Below are positions 33,592-47,194 of a stretch of DNA of 64,000 bases, piece by piece. Source of the DNA: Amphiscolops sp. MND2022. Lineage: Eukaryota. A model generated the notes under the pieces. The model was not told the DNA's origin. It searched no databases and worked only from the letters and a program-made list of their open reading frames with translations. The stretch's first letter is position 1, and the number at the start of each line of letters is the position of its first letter. Made by a program: the position numbers and the translations under genes. The stretch is taken from positions 14,572,001 to 14,636,000 of the forward strand of contig OZ076409.1 of NCBI GenBank assembly GCA_964187785.1, read 5' to 3'.

Positions 33592-33800
33592 TTTGAAAAA
33601 TCTAATTTTTTCATATAATGAAGATTACTTTCAAAAAGTCCTTTTCCTCTCTTATTTTTTTCACAATTTAACAGACTATTTAGACTTTCTTTCTAGCTAG
33701 AAAGAAAGTCTAGCTAGCCTGTTAAATTGTGAGAAAAAAAAAGAGGGAAAAACGAATTTTGAAAGTAATCTTCAATAAATAAAAAAAAAAGATTTTTCAA
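33592..33800. repeat. Spacerless imperfect palindrome (foldback), arms ~105 bp
   Basis: Perfect 32-bp core TAGACTTTCTTTCTAG|CTAGAAAGAAAGTCTA (33681-33712). The arms share TGAAGATTACTTTCAAAA and TCACAATTTAACAG in inverted orientation. Confidence 0.9.
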
Positions 33801-35147
33801 ATAAAATTTTTCCTTCCTTAGCCAATAAAAAGTATTCTGTGGTCCCCCAAGATTCCAATGACACCCTGCTGCTAAGGCCGTCCCTCTCCACACCAACGAG
33901 TGTTAATTGCCATGGTGCCATAATTCAAACAGGACGCTTTTATGATTTTTACAAGGTTACTCAAGGAAACACCTTGGTTGAAAGTGAATTTAAAATTTGC
34001 CAGCAATCACAATTTTTGATGATTACTACGCACTGTCTCTAGCCATCCTTCAACTAAGTCAAACTTTATATCAAATACGAGCTCAATCACTCAATCTAGG
34101 CTGCCAAGTTGGAGTAAAATGGGATGGTTTTCTTTCCATAAAGCGCAATGTTTCTGCTAATTATACCTTAAAGAAACGTAGCTTCCATGCAACAGCGTGA
34201 AATGTGGCTGGGAGTAGTAGTATCAAAGTTCCATAAGAACTCACATACTCAAAAGTTCAAAAGCTAGAAACAATCTTTGAGCATCCATATGATTCTCAAA
34301 CTCGAAGAAATGAGCCCTTGAAAAATTTTATGAATCAATGCAAACATAAAACACAGTGTCAAAGTAACCACAGGAAAAACCTTTTTGACTTTGTGACTGA
34401 GTACTAAAAATGTAGTTGTCAACAAGCGTTCCAAAACAACTTCAATCACTTCAATTAAGTCTTTCAATCATTGAAGTTGGCTGGCAAATTTTCTTCGAGG
34501 CGAAATGATTTTCACGCATCAAAAGTCAGAACGAAGTGACTGGTAAAGACGTCTAGATTTTTTACGAAAGTTTAGGCCAATGGAAGTTTTGAGGCGAGGT
34601 GGGAAAAAACGTCGTAATATAACGTGAAAACCGTCTAAAACATTTCATTGGAATTAAAATGCAAAGACGTTTTTGGAGAATATAATCTGGAAAAAACTTG
34701 ACAGAAAAAAATTGTTGTATGACTCAAAATTCGTCATTCTTCAAAATGAGCCACTAGACCGGCAATGGCACGTCTCTGCTGCTTTTAGTGCATTATAGGT
34801 GCGTAACCGTTGCAGATCAAGATTGTCTTTTTTGGAAGTTATTTACCGTCTCCGTTCGAAAAACTTTAATTCGAAGATCAGGTGAGTTCAATTGAGGTCC
34901 ATCTTTTCAAACCACATTTGGTGGTTTGTTCATTCTAATTTGACAACTGACTCGAGCGAAAAAAATTACGGGACCATGTGTTCACCCCCCCCCCCCCCAA
35001 CTGCAGCAGGGGGAGATAAGACAGAAGGTTTGAATACCAGTTTAAACGAACTAATTATGTCGACATAACATTTTAAATAGTTGATGTCGACATAATCGTG
35101 TCTTTTACTTTCATTGACAGTGAGAATCAATCATTATACTTTGCAAA

Positions 35148-35990
35148 GTGCTTCCAAACGGACATACTTGCACATTTACAAAAGTACGAACTTTGGGACG
35201 GTTCGCACGAACTTTAAATTGTCCCATCTGCAAAAATCGTCTGTTTTGGACAAGACATAAAAATTCAAAGATGGTTTATGGCTGGAAGTGTCAAAATGGA
35301 TATTTTTTTGAAATACAAAATTATTTTCTCCATTCGCGCGGGAAATTTTTTGCCCAAAGCTGTATTCAGTTACAAAAATGACTACATTTAATTCACATGT
35401 GGTCCTTTCAAACTTCAAACCAACATACTCAATTGCAAACCATCCAATGCTTTTGTGTGTCTCAGAGAGATTTGTGACCGATATTTGCAAAACCCCAACC
35501 CGGTCGTGAGGCCCGAGTGGCACTGTACAAGTCGATGAAAGTTGTTTCTCACAAACACCCAAATATCATCGTGGACTAGGCCCACAAAAAACGCAATGAG
35601 TTTTTGGGATTGCGGATGCAAGCACTAGTTTGGCAACAAGCCACATAGAATTGGTCGATGCAAGAGATACTGAAACGTTATTGCCTATTATCGATTCAGT
35701 TATGGAGCCAGTATCAGCAGTTCATACCGATGAATGGCGAGCCTACCAAGAGATTATGCAGATGGGGTTGGAACAGAAAACCGTCGATCATTCGGTTATT
35801 TTTGTAGAGCTGGAGAGTGGAGTTCATACCCAGAATATCGAGTCGTACTGAAATCGAAAAAAGAGCATCATCAAAAGAATGCTCGGATTTTATGAAACAG
35901 GACTTCTTCACTGGTATTTACAGAAATTTTTGTGGAGAAATCTTTTTGATCAAAACTCAGACGCTTTTTTTACCATTTCTAAATATCTTG
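35148..35990 (+). pseudogene. Decayed Merlin (IS1595/ISXO2-like) DDE transposase
   Basis: Across frames: CPIC..YGWKC, FSIRAGNF, VQVDESCF..PKYHRG, VFGI, RDTETLLPII, VHTDEWRAY, TVDHS..FV..GVHTQNIES, YLQKFLWR. Stops and frameshifts are present. C-rich and G-rich degenerate ends lie near 34970 and 36077. Confidence 0.88.
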
Positions 35991-38564
35991 ACTTGTTTTA
36001 TTCATTTACTAATTATTTTTTTGTCAAAAAGCAGTTTTCGGGTGGGGGAGTGGGGTTAATTCGCAACAAGGTGTTCCTAATGGCTTAATTGATAATACGT
36101 GTACCGTTTTCAGCGGATCAAATAAACTGTAGTACATATAGTTTGCAGATATGGAATTTTGTGGGCTACGCGGTACGTGTATCACGTATCAGCCAACAAG
36201 ATTTATTTAAAGTCAACTTCGGCCCTTCACGGCTTGTTCAGTTTTTTGATCATTTATATAGAAGTTTCTAAATTTTGAACTTTCTAAAGTTTTCTGGTAT
36301 TCATTGTTTACAACCCGTTGGTCAATGTGAAAAAATAACTTGAAAAAATGATGAAAAAATTGAGAGATCAATTTATTTCCTAAATGTTTTCCCTTTGTAT
36401 TACCAAAAGCTCCAGTTTTCTCCTTTCATTCAAACTATGAAACTGAAATTGGTGTCGTTGAGTTCATTAAGAGTAAGGTTTTTGTTTCTAGTCATAGAAG
36501 TTTAGGAAAATTGTTGACTAATCAATTTTCTTCTTTACAGTAGAATGGAAATCTCTTACGTGAAACGTCTATGAAATTAGAAGGATTTGCCGTCTGAAAA
36601 CTTTTGATGAAATTTTTCAGTTTTTGCTTTTAAACTGAGAAGCAATTGTTGGGCTTGCATAAGCTCGCAAAAACTCTCCCCAAAAATATTGTCTATAAAT
36701 GCACTTGATTCCAATTTCTTGCCTCTTCAGTTCATTTCTTCCAAGTCTCCATTCGACTCAAAGGTAGCAACTCGTGAAAAAGTTTGAGATGAAAATCGTT
36801 GTCATTTTTCTCATTTTTGTTCACGGTCTTTGAAAACCGAGCTGTTGTTTAACCGTCACGTGGTTTACTTAATTTTCAATTCTGGCGCTGTTTTTTCTCA
36901 CGCCAAATTTGAGAGAATTGTAGCATGAGTATTTGAATAATTCACGAAGCGCCTCATTTTGAACGTTCCGTATTTACAATTTCTTGCTATAGGCGGATCG
37001 TTATTTCAAAAGGAACCACAGAATAAATGTGAGATTTTTATTGATTTGTAAAAATACGAAAAGTGATCTACAAGCAAGAAAAATATTCGGAGAAAATTTA
37101 TACGAAAGCCAAGTTTTTATAGAACAGGAGCGAATGTGTTTGTACAGATGAAAAGAACGCGTAGCAAAAACACAGAGGCAATAAAAACAATTTAACGAAA
37201 GATAATCGAGATAATCTTTGATCGATCATCAAAGGCAATCTTTAAATGTATCTTTCTTTTGACCTCTTAACATTGCTTCGTTAGAACTCCTAGGAGCTAA
37301 AATGGCATTTTTTGAGAAAGAAAAACAATTCTTCTAATTTACTAAGTTGTATTTGTCAAGTCAGACAACTTAAGTCACTCAGCGAAAAGTAATTGGGAAA
37401 ATTGAAAACGGATTCCAGTACAAATGCGTTTTTTTTACTGAAATTTCGACACCTTTACAATCAGTTTAACGAACTTGGAAAGTAGGTTCGGTAGTTATTG
37501 TTTCTCGTTTTTCAACCTACACATCTTTTGTCACAACTTTAAATGCCATGTTTTGTCAAAATTTTCTCGCGCATAATTATCTCATAATTATTGTAATTAC
37601 TTAAAAGTTATTTAAAGACCATTAAAATGAGAGTAAAATGTCCTTCATTGGGCGCGGTAAAACCAAACGCGGCTATATTCTCTTAAATTTCAAACAATTT
37701 GAGTGTTTTCAGGAAACAATTATATCCCTTCTGTGAAACAAAGACTAAATTGTTGTTATTTTGTTTCTTTGATAGCAAAATTTAGTTCAAACTCGTTTCA
37801 AATTGAAAATGCTTTCAAGTAGATGAAAATAGTGCACATGCATAATTTAAAGGTTTATTAATTGTTTCAAGTTGCATTAGTCTGAAGGTTCATATCTTAT
37901 ATTTGCTGGATTTTTCTTCTATTTTTTTCGAAAACAAGTGGGAAACTATCGGACGATAGAGTGAGATTTTTTACTTTGAAAAACATTCCACAAAAAAAAA
38001 CAATTTTGTGTCCTGTCAAATTTATATGCATGTAGTCCCCTTTCCTGTATTCTTGCCCGACTAAGAAAACTAGAAACGATGATGAATAGTTGATAAAGAC
38101 AATTTTCATTGATGTAGCAAGTTTTTATTCTCCACTTTCCCCAAACTTGGACTTTGAGTGATCTTCCATCGATATGAATAATTCAATCAACAATTAAGAA
38201 GATATATTCGGGGTTTTATAGCACCTTGTAATTTTTTATTATTGATAAAAGTAATCCTTGTTTCTGAGTAGCAGTGCTATGTCTGGGAATACAATTTTTT
38301 CTCTTTCATGTTTTTATGCTGTATTATGAACAATCATCTTTTTCAACTTTTCCATCCGAAAACCTAATTGCTGTTTCTAAAAATTGAGTTTTTCAAAAAA
38401 GTAGGTGGAGAAAAAGCTTTCATTTCAACAATTCAGCAACTCGAAATTTTTCTTAAAAACGATTTTTTCTGAACAGTGTTTCGCCAGTCTGACAATGTCT
38501 TCATGAAATATCAATTAGTTTTCTCGGAGTGGCCACTGTTTTAATTAAAATGACGGGTTAACCC

Positions 38565-38785
38565 TGTGGTAAAGACTGTAAATGAGCTCACTGTCCTTGA
38601 AACCTGTGCCCCAATTAGCATTAATTACCGTCTGGCGATGATCGCTTTGTGGGGCATATAGTCACTTAGCAAAATAAGCTATGTCGAAAATAGACAGCTT
38701 GTTTTATAGCCTAGTGTTAGTTAATTGAACGTTTTGATACCTCTCTTTTTATCCAAACACTAGAATATAACATGGCGCAGTCAGT
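38565..38785 (+). mobile_element. LTR (~38565-38772) plus tRNA-Ser-type PBS of a truncated Gypsy element
   Basis: ...ATAACA is followed directly by TGGCGCAGTCAG, the same PBS as element 1. The left boundary (TGTGG) is inferred. Confidence 0.65.
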
Positions 38786-38802
38786 AAATAAATGTCCCAT
38801 GC

Positions 38803-39252
38803 AAAAATAATTCTTCTGGCATATCCCCCAGGAGTGCCTTCACCTTCGGATTTGTCTCATCCGCTGTTCTGGTCAATTCGTTCATCGAGATGGAATACTT
38901 TGCCATCATTGCTACAGCAAAGAGGTCAATCCATTTCTCCCATTCCATTGACGGTGAATTGGCAGCTTCGTGCCAGAATAAAGGAAGCCCCACTAATAGC
39001 GAATTCATTGACGACGGGGTTGATGACGATGACGAAGTTGAAGCTCGCAGCGCCATGTTGAAGTGTTATTAAAGAATTGTTTGAATGTTGAAGAATGTAT
39101 TATGATTGTTATTGTAAAATGTAGACGTTAAGAAGTAATGTATTTGGCAACAGCAGCTTTTCAAATGATAAGGTAAAGGTCTATACTTCTGTTAGCAGGT
39201 GTTATCAACATGTTTACAAATATGTCTGTTCGACATTTCTCACTCTATAACA
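38803..39252 (-). mobile_element. 5' end of a second truncated Gypsy element: LTR 39056-39252, PBS 39043-39055 and Gag N-terminus
   Basis: 197-bp TGTT...AACA segment; PBS TGGCGCTGCGAGC (other tRNA-Ser isoacceptor type); ORF with LPLFW...P..EWEKWIDLF, typical of Mag-type Gag starts. Confidence 0.75.
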
Positions 39253-39639
39253 GTGAGGGTACATTTTGAACTCTTCAATACAGCTCGGAGTTTTTCTCAT
39301 TCACAATTGAACTGAAGAGAGAGTGATGCAGTTTTTAGAGCAGTTAGTTTGTATTGCGACGATACAAGGTTCGGATCTCTATCAACTCACATTTTCTGGG
39401 GTTTGAGCAAGTTCTTGATTTCTAGCTCAGTGGTATAGTCAAGCGAAAAAAAAACAAATTTGGTGGAGAAAACAAAAAAGAACAATTGGTCGGAAGTCAG
39501 ACCTTGAGCAAATCCTTCATTCCTAAGACGGAACTATTTTCAACTTCTGACATCTTACATCATACAAAAAATCTGAAATAGTTTATCCATGAAGAAGAAA
39601 TTTGCATGGTTTTCGTTGCTAGCCGCTAAGAATTCATTA

Positions 39640-40323
39640 ACAAGCCAGGACCGGCCCAAGTCGGCGCCATATCCAAGGCTCAAAAATAGCAAAAGGACTT
39701 CCAAGTGTCAATTTACAGTACTCGAAAATCGAAAAAGCAAAAAATATGAACCGAGTGGCGCGCCAGGGCCCGCTAGCGCGAGCCCCTGGCGCGCTAAAAG
39801 GGGGACACTTCCGAAATTGTCAACCTTTTTGTCGCAGTTGAAGGGGGGACCCTTTGGAGAAAAAACAAATTTTCGACGAAAAGTCTCCCAGTGCCGAAAA
39901 ACTGAAAGGGGTTTTTCAACATCCATTCTGTCGCAAAACATCAAAAAATTGAAGTGGGGGAAAATTTTTATTTTCGGAAAAAAAATCTTTCAGTGCCGAA
40001 AAAAAACTGAAAGAAAAAAATCCATTCTGTCGCAAAAGAGCAAAAAAAATTGAAGGACGACCCTTTGTAGAAAAATTTATTCCGAAAAAAAGTCTCGCAG
40101 TGCCAAAAAAATTGAAGGGGGGACTCTTTGGTCTCGCCCGGTTTGGTATGTTACGCGGGAAGACAGGAAAACCTTTTTGGTTCAGTTCGCTAGACCAAAT
40201 AGTGCAATTTGGTGCAATAATATTTTGTAGAACTTTTAAGAACTATTTTGGTCAGTTCGTGTGGATTGAAAAAAAAGAAAAGCCACTATAATAGTCGCGT
40301 TTCACTTCATGAAGCGCCGACTA
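39640..40323 (-). mobile_element. Helentron/DINE-1-like non-autonomous element
   Basis: Subterminal inverted repeats AGTCGGCGC/GCGCCGACT, a short hairpin near one end, CTTGT terminus, T/A-run flanks and no TSD. Confidence 0.65.
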
Positions 40324-42542
40324 TAAAGAAACACGAAACCAACTAACAATTTATTGGTTCAACAATTGTGAAACTTTAATGCTATGATTGATAAGCTCAG
40401 AAATGTAAAATTGTGTGAATAGGGTTCTTCTGGCGTTGAGAGATTTTTAGATTCAGTCCTTTTTTGGATGCTTCCATCTTTTCGCGCTGTCTACGCCAAC
40501 TGACGCAAAAACAGGATTATTCAATAAAAAATTCTTTTGAAGTTCTGAACAAAAGACTGGAGACCTTCAGTCAAAGATAAATTCTATTGACTCTGTCTAA
40601 TCTGTTAATCAGATTGGGGCCCTTCTTTGATGTTCTTTTCCAGAGCATGCAACTTTCATGTCAAATCTGAAAAAAAAGTTTCTGCAAATTAAATTCCTCC
40701 AGCATTCCTGCGTTTTGGATACTATTTCGTTGAAAAACTAATTTACCATGCTTCTATATAATTAATTCAATTTCGCGTTTCAGAAAACTGTGAAAAGGGT
40801 AGTAACTTTATTTGCTATGGTACTCTCATGCAATGGAACAATAAGTTCAGCCCGTGATTTGTGATGAAAAGCAAGGACATAATGAAAAAATTGATGATAA
40901 TGATAAAGAAGTCTAGATTAAGCTGATTTTAAAACGATATCATTTTCCAATTTTCTTTTTTTGAATGGATCTCTTAGAGTGAAATAGCGGTCTAAACCCA
41001 AAGAAGATTTGGTCCACACAGAAGATACAAAATAAAAAATGGAAAAATCATAAAAATTTGAGATCATTCAATATGGATCCAAAAAAGCTGACGACTTGAA
41101 AACAGAGTAACTCCAACAATAACAAACTCCTCAAAAACGCGAAAATTTTCCAATTGAGACTAAATTTTTTGACGCTTTTGAACTTTTGGAATGAAGTTAT
41201 GAAACTGAAGCAATAGTGTACCAGTCTGATGGAAATTTTGGTTACTTCGGGAAAAATTTTTGGACGCTACCAAATTTTTGAAACCAATATTACTTGGTGG
41301 TTACGTAGTGTAATGTTAATCGTTGTAATTTCATCTCAGATACACCCAATAGACATTTTCTGCTCAGCAATAACGTCAAAAGGGCTCAAAGATAGAATCA
41401 CCTCAATCTAATGTAACTAAAGGAAAACGAGAGCTGGGAGCAACTGAATACCCCAACAATAGAGTCTTGCGAAGACAAGCCTAGAGTGATACATGTGTTG
41501 TTCGTTCTTGATTACCTTAACAACTAGCGAATGTATGAGACTTAAATCATGCAACCTAAATCAGGCATCCAAAGTATGTCCTCAAGGTACCCGACACCCT
41601 GTCTACATGTTTGAAGAGTCTTATCCACAATCAGTTTGTGATGGAAAAGTCCATTGGAAAAGCATGCATCCTTTTTCATCCTCAATTTAATACTGTTCAG
41701 GGGTATTGCTTGATGATTTATGATTACCTGCAAAGAATCTATTCCGTAGTTGAAACTGGTATGAGGGAAACTCGTCGAATACAACTAGTCGAAACTAAAT
41801 GGTGGAAAAGTAACCAACTCCTCGAATAACTACAGATTGCTATCTAGCTGTTAGTCATCCCCCAGAAACAGTTTCTTCTTGTAAATTTTATTGTAAAGTG
41901 CTAAGTATGGGTTATTTTCCTCGAAATAATCCAGTTTGAAGCATAATTAAGCTCCTTTAAATGTATAATCGCTTGAAAAGTCTTACTTTTATACTTAACA
42001 GGTGTTACTTTTGTTCATAATACCGTATCATTCCAAAAAATTAAGCTCTTATCCTGACTGTGAAATTCAATTTCAACTGTAGATGAAGAACACAAACACA
42101 CAAATTTGACGAATTCATGAGATTATCGAATAGCAAAACACTTCACCTATAGAAACACAAGAAACCAATCTTTCATCGATTCCACAGCAAGTAAATTCTA
42201 ACTTAATTGAATTCGGAATTTTTTTACGGGGCCTGCGTCCCGCTTCATTAAAACATTCATTCACCCAACAAAACTTTGTACTTATCAAAACTGCATGTAT
42301 TTCAAAAAAGTTCGAATGCGAACATGATATGAAATGATTACACAATTTTCTACGAAATTTAGAAAAGCAAAAAATTGTCACCGGATGGGATCAATGCTGA
42401 AATTTAATGTCCCGCAATCGTATGCCTCAATCATTCAAACGGTTATCTATTTGTCAGCATTTAAAAGTTTTGGCAGAACTTTTTTAGTTTCTACGAGGGT
42501 TCCAAATCTTGGGCTCTCAAAGTTAAACAAAGGCTAGTTTTT

Positions 42543-43962
42543 TAGTCGGCGCCTTTTCCCTTAAGGAAAAAGCCCGACTCTTACAGTGAGTAGTTTTTAG
42601 TCGGCGCCTTTTCCCTTAAGGAAAAAAGCCCGACTCTTACAGTGAGTAGTTTTTTTTTTGTTTTTTTCAGTTGACAATCTCACTCTGAGTGGTCCACTTT
42701 TCTTACAATTCTTACAATTTTCAAAAACTTACAATTATTACTTAGCAAAATTAAAATACTGGCGCAAAAGTAGTTTTTATATCATCTAAGGGTCCCCAAA
42801 GGGTATTTTCGGCACTGTGCGACTTTTTTTCGAAAAAATTTTTATTGTTCCAAAAGGGTCCCCCCTTCGAGTTTTTTCATATTTTGCAACTGAATGTATG
42901 TTAATACATCACAAAGGGTCCCCCCTTTTACATTTTTCGGCACTATGCGACTTTTTTTGAAAGAATTTTTTTTTCAAAAATTCATGTTTTTTTCCAAAAA
43001 AATTTTTTTTGCGCTTTTTGAGCCTTAGATATGGCGCCGACTTTGGACGTTCTCGTCTTGTTTTTTTTTTCAGTTGACAATCTCACTCTGAGTGGTCCAC
43101 TTTTCTTACAATTTGTTCATCTTTCATATTTGTTCATCTTCCATCTTCGACCCAGCCGGAGTGCGTGGGTTCGATTCTCGCACTAAACCATAAATTTTTT
43201 AATGCTCCCAAAAGTACAGGTGAGACCAAAGGGCCCCCCCTTTGGGTTTTTTTCGGCACTATGCGACTTTTTTCGAAAATTTTTGAAATTTATCAAAGGG
43301 TACCCCCTTGCATTTTTTGAAATTTTCGGTTTGTAGAAAACGTTGAATGAGCCTGAATGGCCTTTTTTTGAGTTTTTCGGCATTTTGCGACTTAAAAAAT
43401 ACTTTTTTTTCGAAAAAAAATTTCAAAAATAATTTTTTTGAAAAATTTTTTTTCCAAATTTTTACAATAGTTGTTGCTTGAATATTTTTGAGCCTAAAAT
43501 ATGGCGCCGACTTGGGACGTTCCCGTCTTGTTTCTTTTTTTCGTCAGACTACAATCTCACTCTGATTGTTCCACTTTTCTTACAATAGAAACTACCAAAA
43601 CTACTAAGGCCATAAGGCCAAGTCCGGTCAGCGGAAATTAGTACAAAAGGGTCCCCTTTCATTTTTTACTTTTTCAAGGTAACCTACAAAACCGGACGGG
43701 GCTAAAGAGACCCCTCTTTCAATTTTTTCGGCACTGTGCGACTTTTTTTGCAAAAATTTTTAATGTCTCAAAAGGGCCCCTTCGAGTTTTTTGATATTTT
43801 GCAACAGAATATATGTTAATAAAGCCCTTTTACATTTTTCGGCACTATGAGACATTTTCCAAAAGAAAAAATTTTCAAAACTTTCAAGTTTCTTTTCAAA
43901 AAAAATGTTTTGCGCTTTTTGAGCCTTAGATATAGCGCCGACTTTAGACGTTCCCGTCTTGT
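42543..43962 (+). mobile_element. Array of Helentron/DINE-1-like elements: two 5' caps and three body+3'-end units
   Basis: The ~55-bp 5' cap (TAGTCGGCGCC...GCCCGACT) is duplicated. 3' ends GCGCCGACTT-GACGTTCCCGTC-TTGT occur at 43061, 43531 and 43962. Confidence 0.75.
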
Positions 43963-44029
43963 TCGTTATATGACTAAAAGTATCTGAATGGTCCATATTT
44001 GCACGCACTGTTCGCACCTGCCGGGTTGT

Positions 44030-44095
44030 CAGTTGGCCTAAGTGATTAACATGTGTAGGGGGGAAGCAGATGTATGTGGGATTGAACCCCGCGTT
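44030..44095 (+). repeat. Degenerate tRNA-derived SINE head
   Basis: A-box-like TGGCCTAAGTGATTAA and B-box-like GGGATTGAACCCC. Confidence 0.4.
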
Positions 44096-47000
44096 GATCT
44101 AAAACTTTTTTCAGAATCGCAGAGCCAAAGTGTTCTCTTTTTGTGTTTTTTGGAAAATTTGCGACTTTTTCTGAATTTTGTTACGTACAGTGGTTTCTGT
44201 TTAATAAACGCGTTTTTCGACACTAAAGGGTCAAATTTTTTACAACGATCACCTCTCTTGGATGATGATGGTTGAAAAATTCGTTCAACGAACAAGGGAA
44301 CTATGATTTTCAATTATTTGCCGCAAATCGCCTCCGTGTCAGTAAGAAGACTCGTTCGGAAAGTCAGAAAGACTCAAAATCATATCAGTAATGAAGCAGG
44401 CCCAAAAAAGCAGATCAAAAGAACACTGAATTCTTAAATTGCTAATTTCGCCAAGACAGACTGTGATTAGAACTTGCGCTTTCGTTAGCAAAATGCTACT
44501 CATTGTAATGATTGCAAAACAATGAGTCTTTCTCTGCTTAGTCAAGCATACGGTGCTTGTGGTCTTACTAATTGCCTTGAGATTTCAATATCGCAGTAAT
44601 TTATAGTGTTTTCTCGATGTATTAGCTCGTGAGCTACTATTTCCCAATGTCCTGTGATAGTTTGGAAAAATTTACTTTTGGCACCGCCAACGTCTTCGTT
44701 TTTAAAGGCTGCCTAGGCGGTGATTTTGAGGAGATACAGCATAATTTACATCAACAATTACAGACTGGAAAAGGTCGTCAAGTGTTCTTTAGAGGAGGAC
44801 CTCCTTCTGACGGGACACGTTTTACCCCATGAGGCAAAATGGGCCTATGGCTATGGGCGCTTGTCCCGAACACATACCCATGTCATAGGCTCTTCCATCT
44901 TCATCGGCGGAGAAGCAACGGCGACAACTTGCCGTTACATTAGGTTTTTTGCTACTTGTTTTTTCACCATTCGGGTTTTTTTAACGTTTCAACGTTTTGC
45001 AATGCATTTTGATGGATGGCAATCCAGAGCGAAAAACCATCCTCCTTAAATAGTTCTGCATTTATTTTACTAGTAGATTTTGACGGGAGGAAATTGATAC
45101 AAATTAACCTCGGTCAAACAAGGCTTGCTCTGATAACCTTCACTTTGTTAGAAAGTGACGAACGTAGTCGAATTCTTATTTTTTCTCAGGAATTTTTTTA
45201 TCATATCGGTTGTCAAAGCCATCTTCCCAGTCTCGACAAACTCAACCTTATTTGCAATAAAACTCGTTGTTTAACAATTGAATATTCGAAACGTGTTGTA
45301 CCATGTCACAATAGTAGAAGAGCATTTTCTTTGGTATATTTCGCCAATTTTCCTAGATTTTTTTCTTTTTTCTCTTTTTCCAATTATCCAATTATGACGG
45401 TTATCAAAAATTATTAGGCGTGAACAAAAGGGCCAGACAATCTGACAACTTGAGTCATAATTTTCCCCATAAAATTTCATCTTGGTACGGCCTAGTTAAG
45501 GTTATGATTTATAACCTACCGTTATAATTTCCTCAACGAAAAACTCGCATTCTTTCAAAGCAGTTCCATTTAAATCCTTGCATCGGGAAATTTTGAATTT
45601 TGGGATGGTCAACCTGTATCAGAATTGATTAAATGAGGCACCAAATTACCTCAAGTACATGTACTTGCTGAATTATACCATCTGGTGTCTTCAATTACCA
45701 GTCTGCAAGACAATGTTGCTTTCTTTGGGAATCAGTTTTTGACATAAATCGCGAAGCTACTTCCTTTCTACCAATTCATCTCATGTTTTTATATAATTTA
45801 TCACAATTGTAACTGGAGAAAAGAATACTATTCACCATCATAGCACGCAAAACAAAAAGTCAGAACGTGACACTATGAAGAGTTGAATGTTGGAGAGACG
45901 TACGAAAAACGCGGAGTAAAAACTTTTCAACAAAGGGTGCAAAAACGCCGTAAATGAGTCTTCCGATAAGTTACTCGATCTTTTTTGTCTACTTTTTTGA
46001 TTCCCGAAAGATCGAGGCTGGTTTTTAAAACTGAATAGAGTATTTTGATATCACTGAAAAAATTACCTCCTGAAGGACCCTTTTAGGCAACACAATGCTG
46101 GAATTTTTCCTTTAAAAAGGAAGTATTTTATTCGGCCTACACTTCCCGATAGATTCAACTATTGAAGGGTCACACATAATCGAAAGTCTATCCATGTTGA
46201 CAAATCATGGGCTTTTATGCATGGTCCATGCATGATCCATGCACACGATCATGCTGTTTTAGGCATGGAATCACGTGGTCAATAAACTCAAAAATATGAA
46301 AAGCTCCGAAAAAATTCAACAGAACCATCGGAAAAACGTGAGGAACATGAACAGCTCTCCTGCGAACTTAGCAGAGTATCGAAAGTGAATTCCAAGCATG
46401 TACCCATTCATATTTACCCGACTTCCGCTTTTTCATGATTTCTTGAAAGTTCAACAAATTTTTAGATTGAAAAAAAAACGAAAATTATCATCTGAATCCA
46501 ATAGAATGAGATATGGGTGCAATAGGGTTTTGATCTAAAAACAACTCTAAAAGAGACACTTGAAAATGATCTAAAATTACAGAAAACGATCTAAATTTAC
46601 AGGAGAATAATCTAAAATCACTGAGATTTTTAAGAAAACACGACAGGTGAGATTCAAATTCAAAGTTTGAATTTATAAATGTTCGTCAAAAACAACTCGC
46701 CAAAAAGCAACAGCAGAAAACTTGTCCAATATCAAAATAAACTATGCCAGTCAAGCAAATATTTGATTCAGCTATTGAGAACAAAGAAACGGCAGTTTAG
46801 CGCATGGGAGGATACGCACCAAATGATATTTTTGACTACTAGGCATGCTAGTATTGTAAGTAGCGGAATCAAAGTCAAACGAGAAATAGAGTTTAAATTT
46901 AATCACCAGGAACAACTTTTTTGAATTGCAATGAAATCAAGAATGCGGGTACAACATCTATAATCAGACGCTCTATATTTGAAACAAGGTGTGTCGAAGA

Positions 47001-47194
47001 ATATTGTTTCTAGACTTCCGAGAACGGGTGACTTAGAACCAGTGATATTGTCAGCGCCTCTAAAGTGCAACTTTCGATTTCAAATCCTGACCCTTTCTGA
47101 GAATAACCTAATTTGAACACCTCGTTTCTGTAAAAACCTCATTTCCTGACATGATCTTGCGGAGCAAGAATGGGACGGATCTGGAAAAACATTA

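Noticed and set aside
39589..40291. 154-aa and 63-aa Lys-rich ORFs
   Set aside because: Chance frames through the A-rich Helentron-like repeat.
44629..45480. Cluster of 67-133-aa ORFs as a possible host gene
   Set aside because: No domain motifs or consistent splice structure could be supported.
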